64,000 nucleotides of DNA, taken from NCBI GenBank assembly GCA_963663225.1, contig OY760142.1, positions 3,191,002-3,255,001 of the forward strand, given 5' to 3'. The notes beneath the pieces are model-generated. The model saw only the letters and a list, made by a program, of their open reading frames with translations, made no database searches and was not told where the DNA came from. Below are positions 50,299 through 58,935 of this stretch, in pieces. How positions within the stretch are numbered: position 1 is the first letter of the stretch; every line of letters begins with the position of its first letter. The translations under genes were made by a program, and so were the position numbers. Source of the stretch: Nitrospirota bacterium. GTDB lineage: Bacteria > Nitrospirota > UBA9217.

Positions 50299-50638
50299 TA
50301 CCGTATCTCGCTATAAACCAACAGTAATTAGGTAAACTGATTAACTCATTATCAAAAAAGATAATAAATCGATCCTTATGTAACTCATTGTCGTAGCCTG
50401 ATAAAGCATTGTCGATTTCAGCAAATAACTTCATAAAATACCTTTGTGTGAAGGGGGGATAAAGGCCACCAACATCAAGAGTACTCCCGCCTCCCGGTCT
50501 CCCCCTCCCCCTACTTCAACTATTTCAATTGAACCAATTGAACTAATAGATAAAAAATATATGTACTTACCTACTCAACTACAGACCTGGATACCGATTT
50601 GACATAATGTTTTTTATAAGACAATTTAATAAAAACAA

Positions 50639-51121
50639 CTACTTAGAAATACTAGATTGTGGCTCTTCTGCAACACTCACTACATCTTGTGGTGCCTCTA
50701 TTGCCTCTGCCTCGATAATATTACCTGTGAGGGCCTGGGATAATACCTGATCGACTATGGGACTAATGTACTGATTATTATTTTGTACGAGAATGTTGGC
50801 AACTAGAGGGGCTTGTGAGTGTGATGGGAGAACGCCTATACTCTCCAGTACTCTCTTGCTCGCATCGTACCCATGATTTTTTTTTATAGGATCAGCTGTA
50901 GTGCTATACTCCTGAATTGCGTTATTTACATTTTCGGCAGCTTTTTGATATGACTCATTAACTATTAAATTACGACAGTATTCAACCTTCAGGCGTATTT
51001 TTTCGTCTGACAGATTCCGGTATACGGTTGACGGATCACAGCCGATTTTTTTTGCAATTTCCGCAACTGGCAAGCCCTGCGCGGCCCAATGGCCTAATTG
51101 TAATTTCTGGCAATCATCCAT
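50639..51121 (-). CDS. terS: Terminase small subunit (HTH)
   Basis: N-terminal HTH (GLPVAEIAKKIGCDPSTVYRNL), A.KRVLE.IG, IIEAEA tail; upstream of terL. Confidence 0.65.
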   Translation of the reverse strand: MDDCQKLQLGHWAAQGLPVAEIAKKIGCDPSTVYRNLSDEKIRLKVEYCRNLIVNESYQKAAENVNNAIQEYSTTADPIKKNHGYDASKRVLESIGVLPSHSQAPLVANILVQNNNQYISPIVDQVLSQALTGNIIEAEAIEAPQDVVSVAEEPQSSISK

Positions 51122-51168
51122 AATTATATAATGTAAGTGCTTACTATCATTTTTATGTTAAAAAAAAA

Positions 51169-51393
51169 TTAATTATTATTCTTGGGCCTTCCCGGCCCTC
51201 TCTCCACTCTCTCTATCTCCTGCATCTGGGATAGGGCTATTGAGTATACGATTTTATTTTCCGAGCCTAGGAGTTGGCGCACAATATCCCCTGCGATCTC
51301 CGGAACATCTATTTTAATGCTCCAGCCTCCTGCGCTGTTAGTAGATATTTTTGATATCACACCGGGCAATACCGGGCAATTTGTAAAATCCAT
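51169..51393 (-). CDS. Hypothetical protein with C-terminal AT-hook-like RGPGRPK
   Basis: GAGGT SD; AT-hook-like motif. Confidence 0.55.
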   Translation of the reverse strand: MDFTNCPVLPGVISKISTNSAGGWSIKIDVPEIAGDIVRQLLGSENKIVYSIALSQMQEIERVERGPGRPKNNN

Positions 51394-51717
51394 TTATACC
51401 TCAATTAATTAATTATTTATTTTTAATTATTTATTTCTTACTTTTCAACCTGTTAACGTAAATAAACCATAGTTTACCCGTAATGTCAAGTAAATCTTTA
51501 ACTTTGGCATCTTTTTTGTATATCACTATGCAGGTATAATGCCAAATAGTAAAATATTCAGTTGTTTTATGAAAAAGGTTTACAATTAAGGGTGGGTTGG
51601 TTGCTAATGATTCATGATAAGGTTGTCAAAAGTCTAGGTTGCCTTATATTCAACCAATTCAATTGATGCTGTTGAAATGTATACTTGCTATCTAAAAACT
51701 CAAATTTGGGTAGTGTC

Positions 51718-52554
51718 TCACTTTGCCCGGTTATCAATTAAATTGATTATATCTTCCATATTCCACAGCCTATCAGTTAATTTTGCCGCCATTGCAGGGG
51801 TAATACTTAGCGATTTGTGAATCCTGACAAAGTTATAAAACATGAAATAAAGAGAAAGCGCATGATAGTGATTTTCCACTTTCTTTGAAAAAGCATTTGT
51901 TAAACGTGTAAACCGTTTCATGGACATACGCATTGTAAGGTTTTGACGCTCAACATGAGATGTTGAAATATATTTACTATCGCCTTTCCCGCTAATAATC
52001 GTTTTTTCTGCTGCTACGAATTTAGAAGGACTATACCGCGTTTCTTTGTCCGGCACACTCCTATATATCTTTACAAGCTGACTAAAATCCACTTCTGAAC
52101 CAAAAGCACTTTCTACAGCATCTAAATACATTTTATGGCCGTCTGTGGTAAGCTGGACTCGATTATCAACCCTGCTGGCAAGATCGCGCATAAACATAGT
52201 TGCATTTTCAATATCACGACTGCCAACATGCCAAGTGATAATGAGTTTAGTTTCAGAATCAATTGCCGTAAAAGTCCATACATCACCATAGCCAAATTGC
52301 CCTTCTTTGTCTTTCGGTACGTTCTTTTCCTTCGAGTAACAAAAACTCCAAATTTCATCGGCCTGAACACGCTTAACAGTCAATCCCCTTACATGCTGAC
52401 TATGATAGTCATTACAAGCAAACCCGGCCTCTACCAGTAGCTTTGTAACCGTATTAATGGAAACATCTGCAATCCTTGAAATAGATCTCATAGAAGAGCC
52501 TTCACAAAGCATATTTAGTATCTGGACTCGTTTATGTATGGGTAGTTTATTCAT
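51718..52554 (-). CDS. IS1-family DDE transposase (single ORF, N-terminal HTH)
   Basis: MNKLP..KR.QIL..L.EG.SMRSISR HTH; ADEIWSF, TTDG and VERQN triad; [12 protein letters not shown]. Stop lies within the IR. Confidence 0.92.
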   Translation of the reverse strand: MNKLPIHKRVQILNMLCEGSSMRSISRIADVSINTVTKLLVEAGFACNDYHSQHVRGLTVKRVQADEIWSFCYSKEKNVPKDKEGQFGYGDVWTFTAIDSETKLIITWHVGSRDIENATMFMRDLASRVDNRVQLTTDGHKMYLDAVESAFGSEVDFSQLVKIYRSVPDKETRYSPSKFVAAEKTIISGKGDSKYISTSHVERQNLTMRMSMKRFTRLTNAFSKKVENHYHALSLYFMFYNFVRIHKSLSITPAMAAKLTDRLWNMEDIINLIDNRAK

Positions 52555-52560
52555 GGTTAT

Positions 52561-52592
52561 ATTATATGAACTTTTTGCTTGAGTGTCAAGCA
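52561..52592 (-). promoter_or_regulatory. Consensus sigma70 promoter for the transposase with overlapping palindrome
   Basis: TTGACA (52584-52589), 17 nt, TATAAT (52561-52566), 6 nt, ATG. Palindrome TGCTTGA-N3-TCAAGCA at 52576-52592. Confidence 0.8.
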
Positions 52593-52613
52593 TTATTTTC
52601 AGTTTAAACTGTA

Positions 52614-52645
52614 AAAAAAATAGACCCTGGAAGAGGGTCTATTTT
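52614..52645 (-). terminator. Intrinsic terminator between the passenger operon and the transposase promoter
   Basis: AAAATAGACCCT/AGGGTCTATTTT stem ending in a T7 run on the minus strand. Confidence 0.75.
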
Positions 52646-52648
52646 ATA

Positions 52649-52819
52649 TTAAAAGTTTATCTTAGATATTTTCTGGTTAGTAATTTCTGTCGATTTCATC
52701 CAATGGGACGGATTAGGAATCCCCATTCTAGAAACAGGTGGATAAAATTTCTCTAATCTTTTATTTGTATCTGAGAATTTTTTTAACTTAGTTTCGATGT
52801 GCTTTTTCATCCTTTTCAT
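52649..52819 (-). CDS. Small basic passenger protein, 56 aa, absent from the ORF track
   Basis: MKRMKKHIETKLKKFSDTNKRLEKFYPPVSRMG...; starts 2 nt after the protease stop with a GGAGG SD; ends at the terminator. Confidence 0.55.
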   Translation of the reverse strand: MKRMKKHIETKLKKFSDTNKRLEKFYPPVSRMGIPNPSHWMKSTEITNQKISKINF

Positions 52820-52821
52820 TA

Positions 52822-53763
52822 TCAATTTCCTCCCGCTGGCGGATTAACACTCCAACTATCTGTTGCCGATTCAATTACTTTTGCCGCCATACTATTCACC
52901 ACATAATTAAGTCTAACATAAATTTGCCAAATTGCCTGCCAAAAATCGGAATTATTTTCTTGTAAATTAATATTAAGCCCGCTCTTTTTTGCTAAATCAT
53001 GGTATATTGGGCGTCCATGTGATATTGATTGACGAGGATCAAGAAAAGTACTAATTTGTTTTTTTATTGTCCCCTCAGTCATACCTTTAAGCATTCCGCT
53101 TTTAAGAGATTTTACAGCAATGCTTTCTGACAATTGTTGGGCTGATACTATACTTCTTATATCTCTAGCATCATAACGACTCAACTGTTGTAAATATGGA
53201 TCTAAATTACCTTTTGATTTATTTGCTTTTGAAACTAAATCTTCATAGCTTTCTATAATTTCATGTGCAGCTTGATATTTAATTGGGATACCGTTGTCAT
53301 CTCTAATTAGAATTTGCGGATCTATGGGGCCAAGCTCAGAAGTTTTACTCATAAATATTTCATCTGCACCCAAACAAATCATTGTCGCAGCAGATTTGGC
53401 CATCTTTGGGACAACCACACTAAATCTACCATTACCATAACTTCTACATATATTAATAATCCTCTCAGCAGCTAAAGCATCTCCTCCGGGCGAATTTAAA
53501 ATAACTATTAATTTTTTATTATCTAACGCTGTATTTGTTAACACTTCCTCCAACATTGTAGCATCATTATCTTCTATAAGTGAAGGATAGTAAAAGGTAG
53601 TAAAAAATGATACAACTTTACAATCTTTTAAGCAATCAGATTCAATTTTTTCATAAATATGTTTTCTGGTCTCGTGTCTTTGACGCACTTCATCTCTAAT
53701 ATGCGACAACGCATCAATCCTAGCGGGTTGACCAGATTTATTCATAATCTGTTTATACCTCAC
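52822..53763 (-). CDS. SDH-family Clp-fold serine protease
   Basis: ILNSPGG, AKSAAT (Ser), LGPIDPQ (Asp), SHG.PI (His). Confidence 0.88.
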   Translation of the reverse strand: MRYKQIMNKSGQPARIDALSHIRDEVRQRHETRKHIYEKIESDCLKDCKVVSFFTTFYYPSLIEDNDATMLEEVLTNTALDNKKLIVILNSPGGDALAAERIINICRSYGNGRFSVVVPKMAKSAATMICLGADEIFMSKTSELGPIDPQILIRDDNGIPIKYQAAHEIIESYEDLVSKANKSKGNLDPYLQQLSRYDARDIRSIVSAQQLSESIAVKSLKSGMLKGMTEGTIKKQISTFLDPRQSISHGRPIYHDLAKKSGLNINLQENNSDFWQAIWQIYVRLNYVVNSMAAKVIESATDSWSVNPPAGGN

Positions 53764-53786
53764 TTAATAATAAGTATAAAGTGATT

Positions 53787-54014
53787 TTAAGTTTTCCCCC
53801 AGCGAGTGTATGCAGCTTTCTGAGCTATTTCTTTGCGCTTATTGGCACTTAGTGCTTTAGCGCGAGCTTTACCACCTAATAAACCACCTTTTCTAGCAAG
53901 TGATTTACTTTCATCTGGTTTCTCTTCAATCTCACCAGTAGCTATTTTAGCTATTTTTATTGCGGCCCCTATAACGTCAGCAGGCCTCTTTTGTCCTTGC
54001 GGTCCTTTAGGCAT
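53787..54014 (-). CDS. Small basic protein (KRPAD/GG..GGKARA family) recurrently found with IS1-type transposases
   Basis: MPKGPQGQKRPADVIG...IATGE...RKGGLLGGKARA..LS..KRKEIA.KAA..RW. Confidence 0.8.
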   Translation of the reverse strand: MPKGPQGQKRPADVIGAAIKIAKIATGEIEEKPDESKSLARKGGLLGGKARAKALSANKRKEIAQKAAYTRWGKT

Positions 54015-54020
54015 GAACAG

Positions 54021-54050
54021 ATAATATCACATACAATCCATAAATTTCAA
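54021..54050 (-). promoter_or_regulatory. Sigma70-type promoter for the IS passenger operon
   Basis: TTGAAA, 18 nt, TATTAT with an extended TGn; 6 nt to ATG 54014. Confidence 0.6.
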
Positions 54051-54062
54051 GGGATATAAAAA

Positions 54063-54419
54063 TCAAACTGAGACACTACCCAAATTTGAGGCATTTACGG
54101 AATCTACAGGGGCATTTTCTAGGTAATCAGTTATGGTATTTTTATTCCTTAAATTGATTGCTACCTGACTTTCAGATTTACACCTATCGCAAACCCTGTC
54201 CTCGTGCCCGTAATTTTTAAAATCTATCACTATCGCCCCGCACCGGCATTTATGAGCGGTTCGAAGTCTATCCATTTTCTCCTGACCTGTCTCCCACTCC
54301 CCTTTCTCGTTTTTGAAAAAATACTGAGTACCGTAAATCGGATTTCTTAATTCTGCCACTCCTGGTTCTGAAAAACAAATCACAGTAAATTGATCGGATA
54401 GTAATTGGTATGGTGTCAT
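54063..54419 (-). CDS. Zn-binding hypothetical phage protein; last codons replaced by the IS end
   Basis: CRCG and CDRC motifs; C-terminal GSVSV* is read from the IR. Confidence 0.6.
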   Translation of the reverse strand: MTPYQLLSDQFTVICFSEPGVAELRNPIYGTQYFFKNEKGEWETGQEKMDRLRTAHKCRCGAIVIDFKNYGHEDRVCDRCKSESQVAINLRNKNTITDYLENAPVDSVNASNLGSVSV

Positions 54420-54694
54420 TTTGTCACCTCACGATGTTCAATACTCCACTTTAAATACACAATCGCTTTTTCAATGTCCGTTTTAAAATCACCCTTTTTA
54501 CCAGCGCGGGAAATATATTTCATGGCATTTCCTACGCAGTACCCTCGAAATTCATCAGTCGTTAATTTTGCACGGATAAAATCTATCGTCTCAATTCCGC
54601 CATCCGTATAGTGGGAGGGATGATTTACGGAATCATGCGGGTGGATACCGTACCGCTCCATGATTTTTTCAACTCGCTCTTTATCCCCGTTCAT
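54416..54694 (-). CDS. DUF3310 protein (T7 gp1.7-like nucleotide kinase domain)
   Basis: VNHPSHY..GGIETIDFI, GNAMKYISRAGKK, D..KA..YL. Confidence 0.9.
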   Translation of the reverse strand: MNGDKERVEKIMERYGIHPHDSVNHPSHYTDGGIETIDFIRAKLTTDEFRGYCVGNAMKYISRAGKKGDFKTDIEKAIVYLKWSIEHREVTK

Positions 54695-54695
54695 C

Positions 54696-55607
54696 TCATA
54701 TCTCGCCTTCTTCGTGATTTACGATTGATGGTAGTACGTCTATAATATTTCCGTCTCTTACGATTATTTTTACACAGCCTAATTCAGTAGGAGCATAACG
54801 CCCTTCTGAATAATCAAGGGCAAAGCTTCCCGGCCTCGTCAATGATTTTCGATAGCTACCCGTTCCGCAAAACCATCTTGACTCACTTGGTATATAATCA
54901 GCGTTTTGTTTCGAGAGTACTCGGTAGTGCTGTTTGATTTTCGTACCGTCATCGGTGAGATATAGCTGGTCAGTCGCTGTCGGTTTGACAATGCAAATCT
55001 GGTGGTGATGCCCTTGAGAAGCATAGATGCAATCAGCGTGTCCTAGTTCCTCCAAAATTCTTTTTTGCGCTGCTTCTCGGTTTGCTTTACGTTGCACGGG
55101 GTCTTTAGCACCTTTGGGTAAATATCTTGAACCGTGTAAAAATAAATATTTGTGCATCGGCTTGTTTTTTCGTAGGGGGATAAATTTGTAAATCCCCGCT
55201 CCATAGGTATGTCTGATATTCAGCTTCTTAGTAAATTCTTCCACGCAGTCCAGATAATCAATTACTTTTAATTCGTGGTTTCCCAAACAGCAGCCGATTA
55301 TGTGATCCGCTACAGGTTTAAAAATCTCTACGAGGTACTCAACTTCATCAGCGGGAGTTTTGAAACGGGTGTCAATGCTTCGCATCTTGAACCGTTTGTC
55401 TTTAGGGGTGATGGCTTCTATCAAATCGCCTTTTAAATTTATATATCTGTATTTCCCATGCTGCACCCAGTAAACGATTTCTTTAATACCTTCGTAATGA
55501 CAATTTGCAGACCCAACGTGCAGACAACTCATATCTGCTATCTCAAAATCAGGCGGCATTTCCCGGCGTATTAATTCCAATTGTCCCTCCGTTTCTCCCG
55601 ACAACAA
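54696..55607 (-). CDS. Calcineurin-like metallophosphoesterase
   Basis: SCLH (DxH position), GDLIE, GNHE, HG, GHHH, TGSY. True start may be TTG about 9 codons in. Confidence 0.8.
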   Translation of the reverse strand: MLSGETEGQLELIRREMPPDFEIADMSCLHVGSANCHYEGIKEIVYWVQHGKYRYINLKGDLIEAITPKDKRFKMRSIDTRFKTPADEVEYLVEIFKPVADHIIGCCLGNHELKVIDYLDCVEEFTKKLNIRHTYGAGIYKFIPLRKNKPMHKYLFLHGSRYLPKGAKDPVQRKANREAAQKRILEELGHADCIYASQGHHHQICIVKPTATDQLYLTDDGTKIKQHYRVLSKQNADYIPSESRWFCGTGSYRKSLTRPGSFALDYSEGRYAPTELGCVKIIVRDGNIIDVLPSIVNHEEGEI

Positions 55608-55834
55608 ATACAGTTCGTGTGCCCTTCATCAAAACCTTCTCTCAATTCCTCACCGCATGATACGCAGCGATTTTCACTCATATACTTCTCTCGTAAATTT
55701 TTATTTGATTTGTTTTGTGTAATCCGTCTCGTCTCGTTATGTACTGCACAATAAATTCCATGCGTAGCCTGCAGGCTACAGTATATACACAGTCCTAATA
55801 GCTTATGCTTATCTTTATAATTCTTATTTCCCAT
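55571..55834 (-). CDS. Zn-finger protein
   Basis: GLCIYC, C..H, CVSCG and CICC motifs. Confidence 0.65.
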   Translation of the reverse strand: MGNKNYKDKHKLLGLCIYCSLQATHGIYCAVHNETRRITQNKSNKNLREKYMSENRCVSCGEELREGFDEGHTNCICCREKRRDNWN

Positions 55835-55913
55835 TCCCTAATCCAAATTACAAACAGTCCGTCAAACTCAATTCCGTTTTCCTCATCATCATCTTGTTCA
55901 GCGTCTGCTTCAC

Positions 55914-56294
55914 TCATTTTTCTTTTTTAGTTTTAGAAACCTCGTCAATCCATTCCTGTAATTTTAAATTCATAAGTTTCGCCGCTCCCTCCGGTATCTT
56001 CTCGGCCTCTTTAGCAAATTCGCTATTAGCAATTTTAGGGAGCAGGTAAATAGCAGCGGCTTCTTTTGTTGTGGGGATAAACATGAGGCAAAGCATGGAA
56101 AAAACTAAACCAGATAGAAGTACTTTAAGCCAATTTATTATTTTTTTTTGTTTATCATCTCCGTAATCTCCGTATTCGGTAATTAAACAAATTATAAACG
56201 GCACTAAACCCACAATTCCTGTAATCAGCAATACCTGAAATACAGTTACTAAACTATCCAACCTCGTAAACCAGTAAACATCCCAATGTGTCAT
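55914..56294 (-). CDS. Phage membrane protein (2 TM)
   Basis: YW.TRLD, two TM helices, IPT.KEAAAIY..P. Confidence 0.7.
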   Translation of the reverse strand: MTHWDVYWFTRLDSLVTVFQVLLITGIVGLVPFIICLITEYGDYGDDKQKKIINWLKVLLSGLVFSMLCLMFIPTTKEAAAIYLLPKIANSEFAKEAEKIPEGAAKLMNLKLQEWIDEVSKTKKEK

Positions 56295-56442
56295 TTTCCA
56301 TTCTCCTTTGTCGGTAATTTAAAAACTCTTTCAGTCGTCTTGTGCTCAGTCAGCCAGATTTTATAAACAGCACACTCACCGATACTTCCTAAAAAACATA
56401 CTCTCGTAGGGCATAAATTATTTAATATTTCTTCAGGCGTAA

Positions 56443-56892
56443 TTAGCATTTTAAATTACCTGCAAACTGCGGATACTCTTTTCTCAGTTTCGCGTGTAAT
56501 TCACTTATTTGTTTTTTCGCTTCGCCTTTTGGCGCGTTCTGCATGATTTCACAAAGTCCTTTAAATAATTTTACACCGCACTCTTTCTCTCTGTTCGTTC
56601 CGTTATGGTTATCAGGCAAATATCCTATTTCTTTTCTCGGTGATTCGTAATCGTCAACTACTCGGCTTAATGAGTCAAGATATTCAAACACCCGGTTGGT
56701 AAGAGGTCCCGAATATTCACCTAGCTTATTCAGTTTCCACTTCGGATACTGTTTCAAACGATCCTTCCAAAGTTTCGTCTCCCCCTTGGCTAAACTTCTC
56801 CCGGTGAACGTCTCCAGCCACACTAGAATCGAGTCCGCGTATTCGTCTGATACGCTCGTCCTCTCGCTCTTGTGCAAAATTTCTTGAACCAT
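56443..56892 (-). CDS. Hypothetical protein following the initiator (possible helicase loader/inhibitor)
   Basis: GGAGG SD inside the initiator gene; position downstream of rep. Confidence 0.5.
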   Translation of the reverse strand: MVQEILHKSERTSVSDEYADSILVWLETFTGRSLAKGETKLWKDRLKQYPKWKLNKLGEYSGPLTNRVFEYLDSLSRVVDDYESPRKEIGYLPDNHNGTNREKECGVKLFKGLCEIMQNAPKGEAKKQISELHAKLRKEYPQFAGNLKC

Positions 56893-57538
56893 TTTTTCCC
56901 TCCTTCAACTCAAAAACACCTTTCCATGAGTTTGACGTTGACTGATCCAAAATTGCGTTAGGGTCTTGCCCTTTACTCTTGAATTTTTGCAACCGTGCTA
57001 GGATTATGTTTATGGCTCTCTCGGTTTTTAGTGGGGCCTTTATTGACTGCCTCATTTCAACAAACCCTCCCCACGCTGCCCTATCAACCCAAGTAGGAAG
57101 CGGGTGCTCCCGCGCATCCTTTCCTTTCCCTTCCTGTTCCTTTCCTTTCCCTTCCTTTCCTAGCGTGTCGGTACTGTTCTCTACTGGTGCTTTTACTGTA
57201 CTTGTTCTGTGCTTGTACGGTGTTGGTATGGTGCTTTCACCTTCCTTGATATTACAATGCTGGTGCTTGGCAAAATTATTGATTTGTATGAATTTTTCTG
57301 CTTTAACTGAGTATCGTAAAATAAACCCTTTTTCTTGTAATTTATCCAACAAATCGTTTATATCGCACTCTTCATATGGGAATAGTTGAGCCTTGATTCT
57401 TACTGGACGATCATCTAAACGCCCTTCTCGGTCCGCTAAACACCACAAACCGATAAAAAGCAGTCTTGCAACGTGAGGAAGCGAGGCAATATCTTCATTC
57501 ACAAAAAACTGAGGCTTAATAGTTCTTATTCTTGCCAT
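56726..57538 (-). CDS. Phage replication initiator (lambda O-like organisation)
   Basis: MARIRTIKP.FF, RLLFIGLW..AD..GR, NF.KHQ, GKEGKGKE linker, C-terminal W..F.EMR...W.G.F domain. Confidence 0.85.
   Translation of the reverse strand: MARIRTIKPQFFVNEDIASLPHVARLLFIGLWCLADREGRLDDRPVRIKAQLFPYEECDINDLLDKLQEKGFILRYSVKAEKFIQINNFAKHQHCNIKEGESTIPTPYKHRTSTVKAPVENSTDTLGKEGKGKEQEGKGKDAREHPLPTWVDRAAWGGFVEMRQSIKAPLKTERAINIILARLQKFKSKGQDPNAILDQSTSNSWKGVFELKEGKNGSRNFAQEREDERIRRIRGLDSSVAGDVHREKFSQGGDETLEGSFETVSEVETE
57117..57236 (-). repeat. Putative replication origin: about six 11-nt iterons followed by a purine tract
   Basis: Minus strand AAGCACCATAC CAACACCGTAC AAGCACAGAAC AAGTACAGTAA AAGCACCAGTAG AGAACAGTAC, then repeated GGAAAGGAAGGG. 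Confidence 0.6.
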
Positions 57539-57658
57539 CCACCCTCCTAAACGCCTCTGCCAGTAATTTAATCCTGTCCTCAGGTCTTGTTTCTTTCCCG
57601 AATAGGTACAGGTCGTTTTTCTTATGCTGTACGTCAGTAATTATTTCGTGTATGGGTT

Positions 57659-58066
57659 TCACGGCTTAATACCTCTCTTTAAAGCGGTATCCCTTAGTGA
57701 CTCGTATTTACTTTTCCAGTCTTGCGCCGAAAAATCCGTAGTGTTTCTTGCTTTCTCCCAGAGTTTCTCAAATCGTTTAGGAGCGTAGCTATCAAGCCAG
57801 CGGCTAAAAAGAACAGGATTTTCATGGCATGAATTAGGTGAAAGAGTGTGACAATGAGAACAAAGACACAATATATTATCCAGATCAGCGGCGGTAGCAG
57901 TAAACCTAACAGGTATGATATGAGCGCCATCTAATTTCACTCCTCTCTTCCCGCACCATTCGCATTGATTAATTGATTTACGGATTATTTTTTTAGCTAG
58001 GTCTATTGATTTATTTTTCCACTTCTTTAAATCTTTTTTGAATACAGGCTTAGGGCAAGCGGTCAT
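57659..58066 (-). CDS. NinG/HNH-like endonuclease
   Basis: CEWCG, DGAHII, D.DN...LC.HCH. Confidence 0.75.
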   Translation of the reverse strand: MTACPKPVFKKDLKKWKNKSIDLAKKIIRKSINQCEWCGKRGVKLDGAHIIPVRFTATAADLDNILCLCSHCHTLSPNSCHENPVLFSRWLDSYAPKRFEKLWEKARNTTDFSAQDWKSKYESLRDTALKRGIKP

Positions 58067-58491
58067 ACGTTTATCCTTACCCCTCTCTTTGGAGCGTCAG
58101 TTTTATAAACTGTTTTGTAAGCTTTCTTGAATACAGACCATTCGTGACCTTGGCCGGCACGAATTACGAGATCCATCAACTCTATCTGGTGACTTCTATC
58201 CTTCCACTCTAACCACGGCATGCGCATTTTATTTTTCCAGTAATTAAAACTACGCTCCCGCCATTGGCATATACCATATGAAGTGTAGTTATCGCCCCAA
58301 CACCCGTCATGCCTCCCGCTGCTCTCGAGTTGTATTATTTTTAAAATGAGTGATTGGTATTTCTGTAATTCCATTTGACGTTTCGTTTCGGCGATTTCTT
58401 TGTTGATTAGGTAAATAGATATTTGAGCAACTAGCGTTACGGCTAGTAAAAATATTGCGGTGATTAGTAGGATACGAGAGATTCGATTCAT
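58063..58491 (-). CDS. Membrane-anchored lysozyme-fold (Rpf/transglycosylase-like) protein
   Basis: N-terminal TM, catalytic-type ESSG, YG.CQW...SF, QI and G..W motifs. Confidence 0.6.
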   Translation of the reverse strand: MNRISRILLITAIFLLAVTLVAQISIYLINKEIAETKRQMELQKYQSLILKIIQLESSGRHDGCWGDNYTSYGICQWRERSFNYWKNKMRMPWLEWKDRSHQIELMDLVIRAGQGHEWSVFKKAYKTVYKTDAPKRGVRINV

Positions 58492-58671
58492 ATTGTCTCC
58501 TTAGTGGCATATTCCCACCAGTACCGTTCCTTCATTTCATCTTCTATTTCCTTAATTGCAACTTGTATACGATGTTCAAACATTTCTTTTGCTGTTTCTG
58601 TTTCCGCTCGTCTGAGGTCTTGCGCGTTAGTAAGGATATAATTAAGCTTTTTTTCTATCGACATATTCCTC

Positions 58672-58902
58672 CTAATCTATCTTCATACTATTTATTATTT
58701 CTTGTAAATAAATTAATTCTTCCACGGTTAATTGCATTGTTTGCCCTTGGGAAGATTTACCAAAATGATTAACTTTATTTAGCTCGTATCTTTTATCGTG
58801 GTCATTCCATATGATTCCAATGGATTTATAAAACGATTTATCTTGTGCATATTTTTTAATTATGTTTTCGGTATTCATGGGACTCCTAATGTTTGGCAGC
58901 AC
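58672..58902 (-). CDS. Hypothetical protein
   Basis: ORF track; internal ATG with a GGAG SD. Confidence 0.45.
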   Translation of the reverse strand: MLPNIRSPMNTENIIKKYAQDKSFYKSIGIIWNDHDKRYELNKVNHFGKSSQGQTMQLTVEELIYLQEIINSMKID

Positions 58903-58935
58903 GTCTCTCCGTTTTATTAAGCTGCCTCTTAGTCA

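Larger units (their letters stand above)
51709..54080 (-). mobile_element. IS1-family transporter IS (2372 bp) with passenger genes
   Basis: IRs GGTAGTGTCTCACTTTG (51709-51725) and reverse-complement GGTAGTGTCTCAGTTTG (54064-54080); 8-bp direct repeat CAAATTTG at 51701-51708 and 54081-54088. Confidence 0.93.

Noticed and set aside
51400-51700. Late promoter in the AT-rich gap
   Set aside because: Two minus-strand TTGACA hexamers are present but neither has a properly spaced -10; cannot assign.
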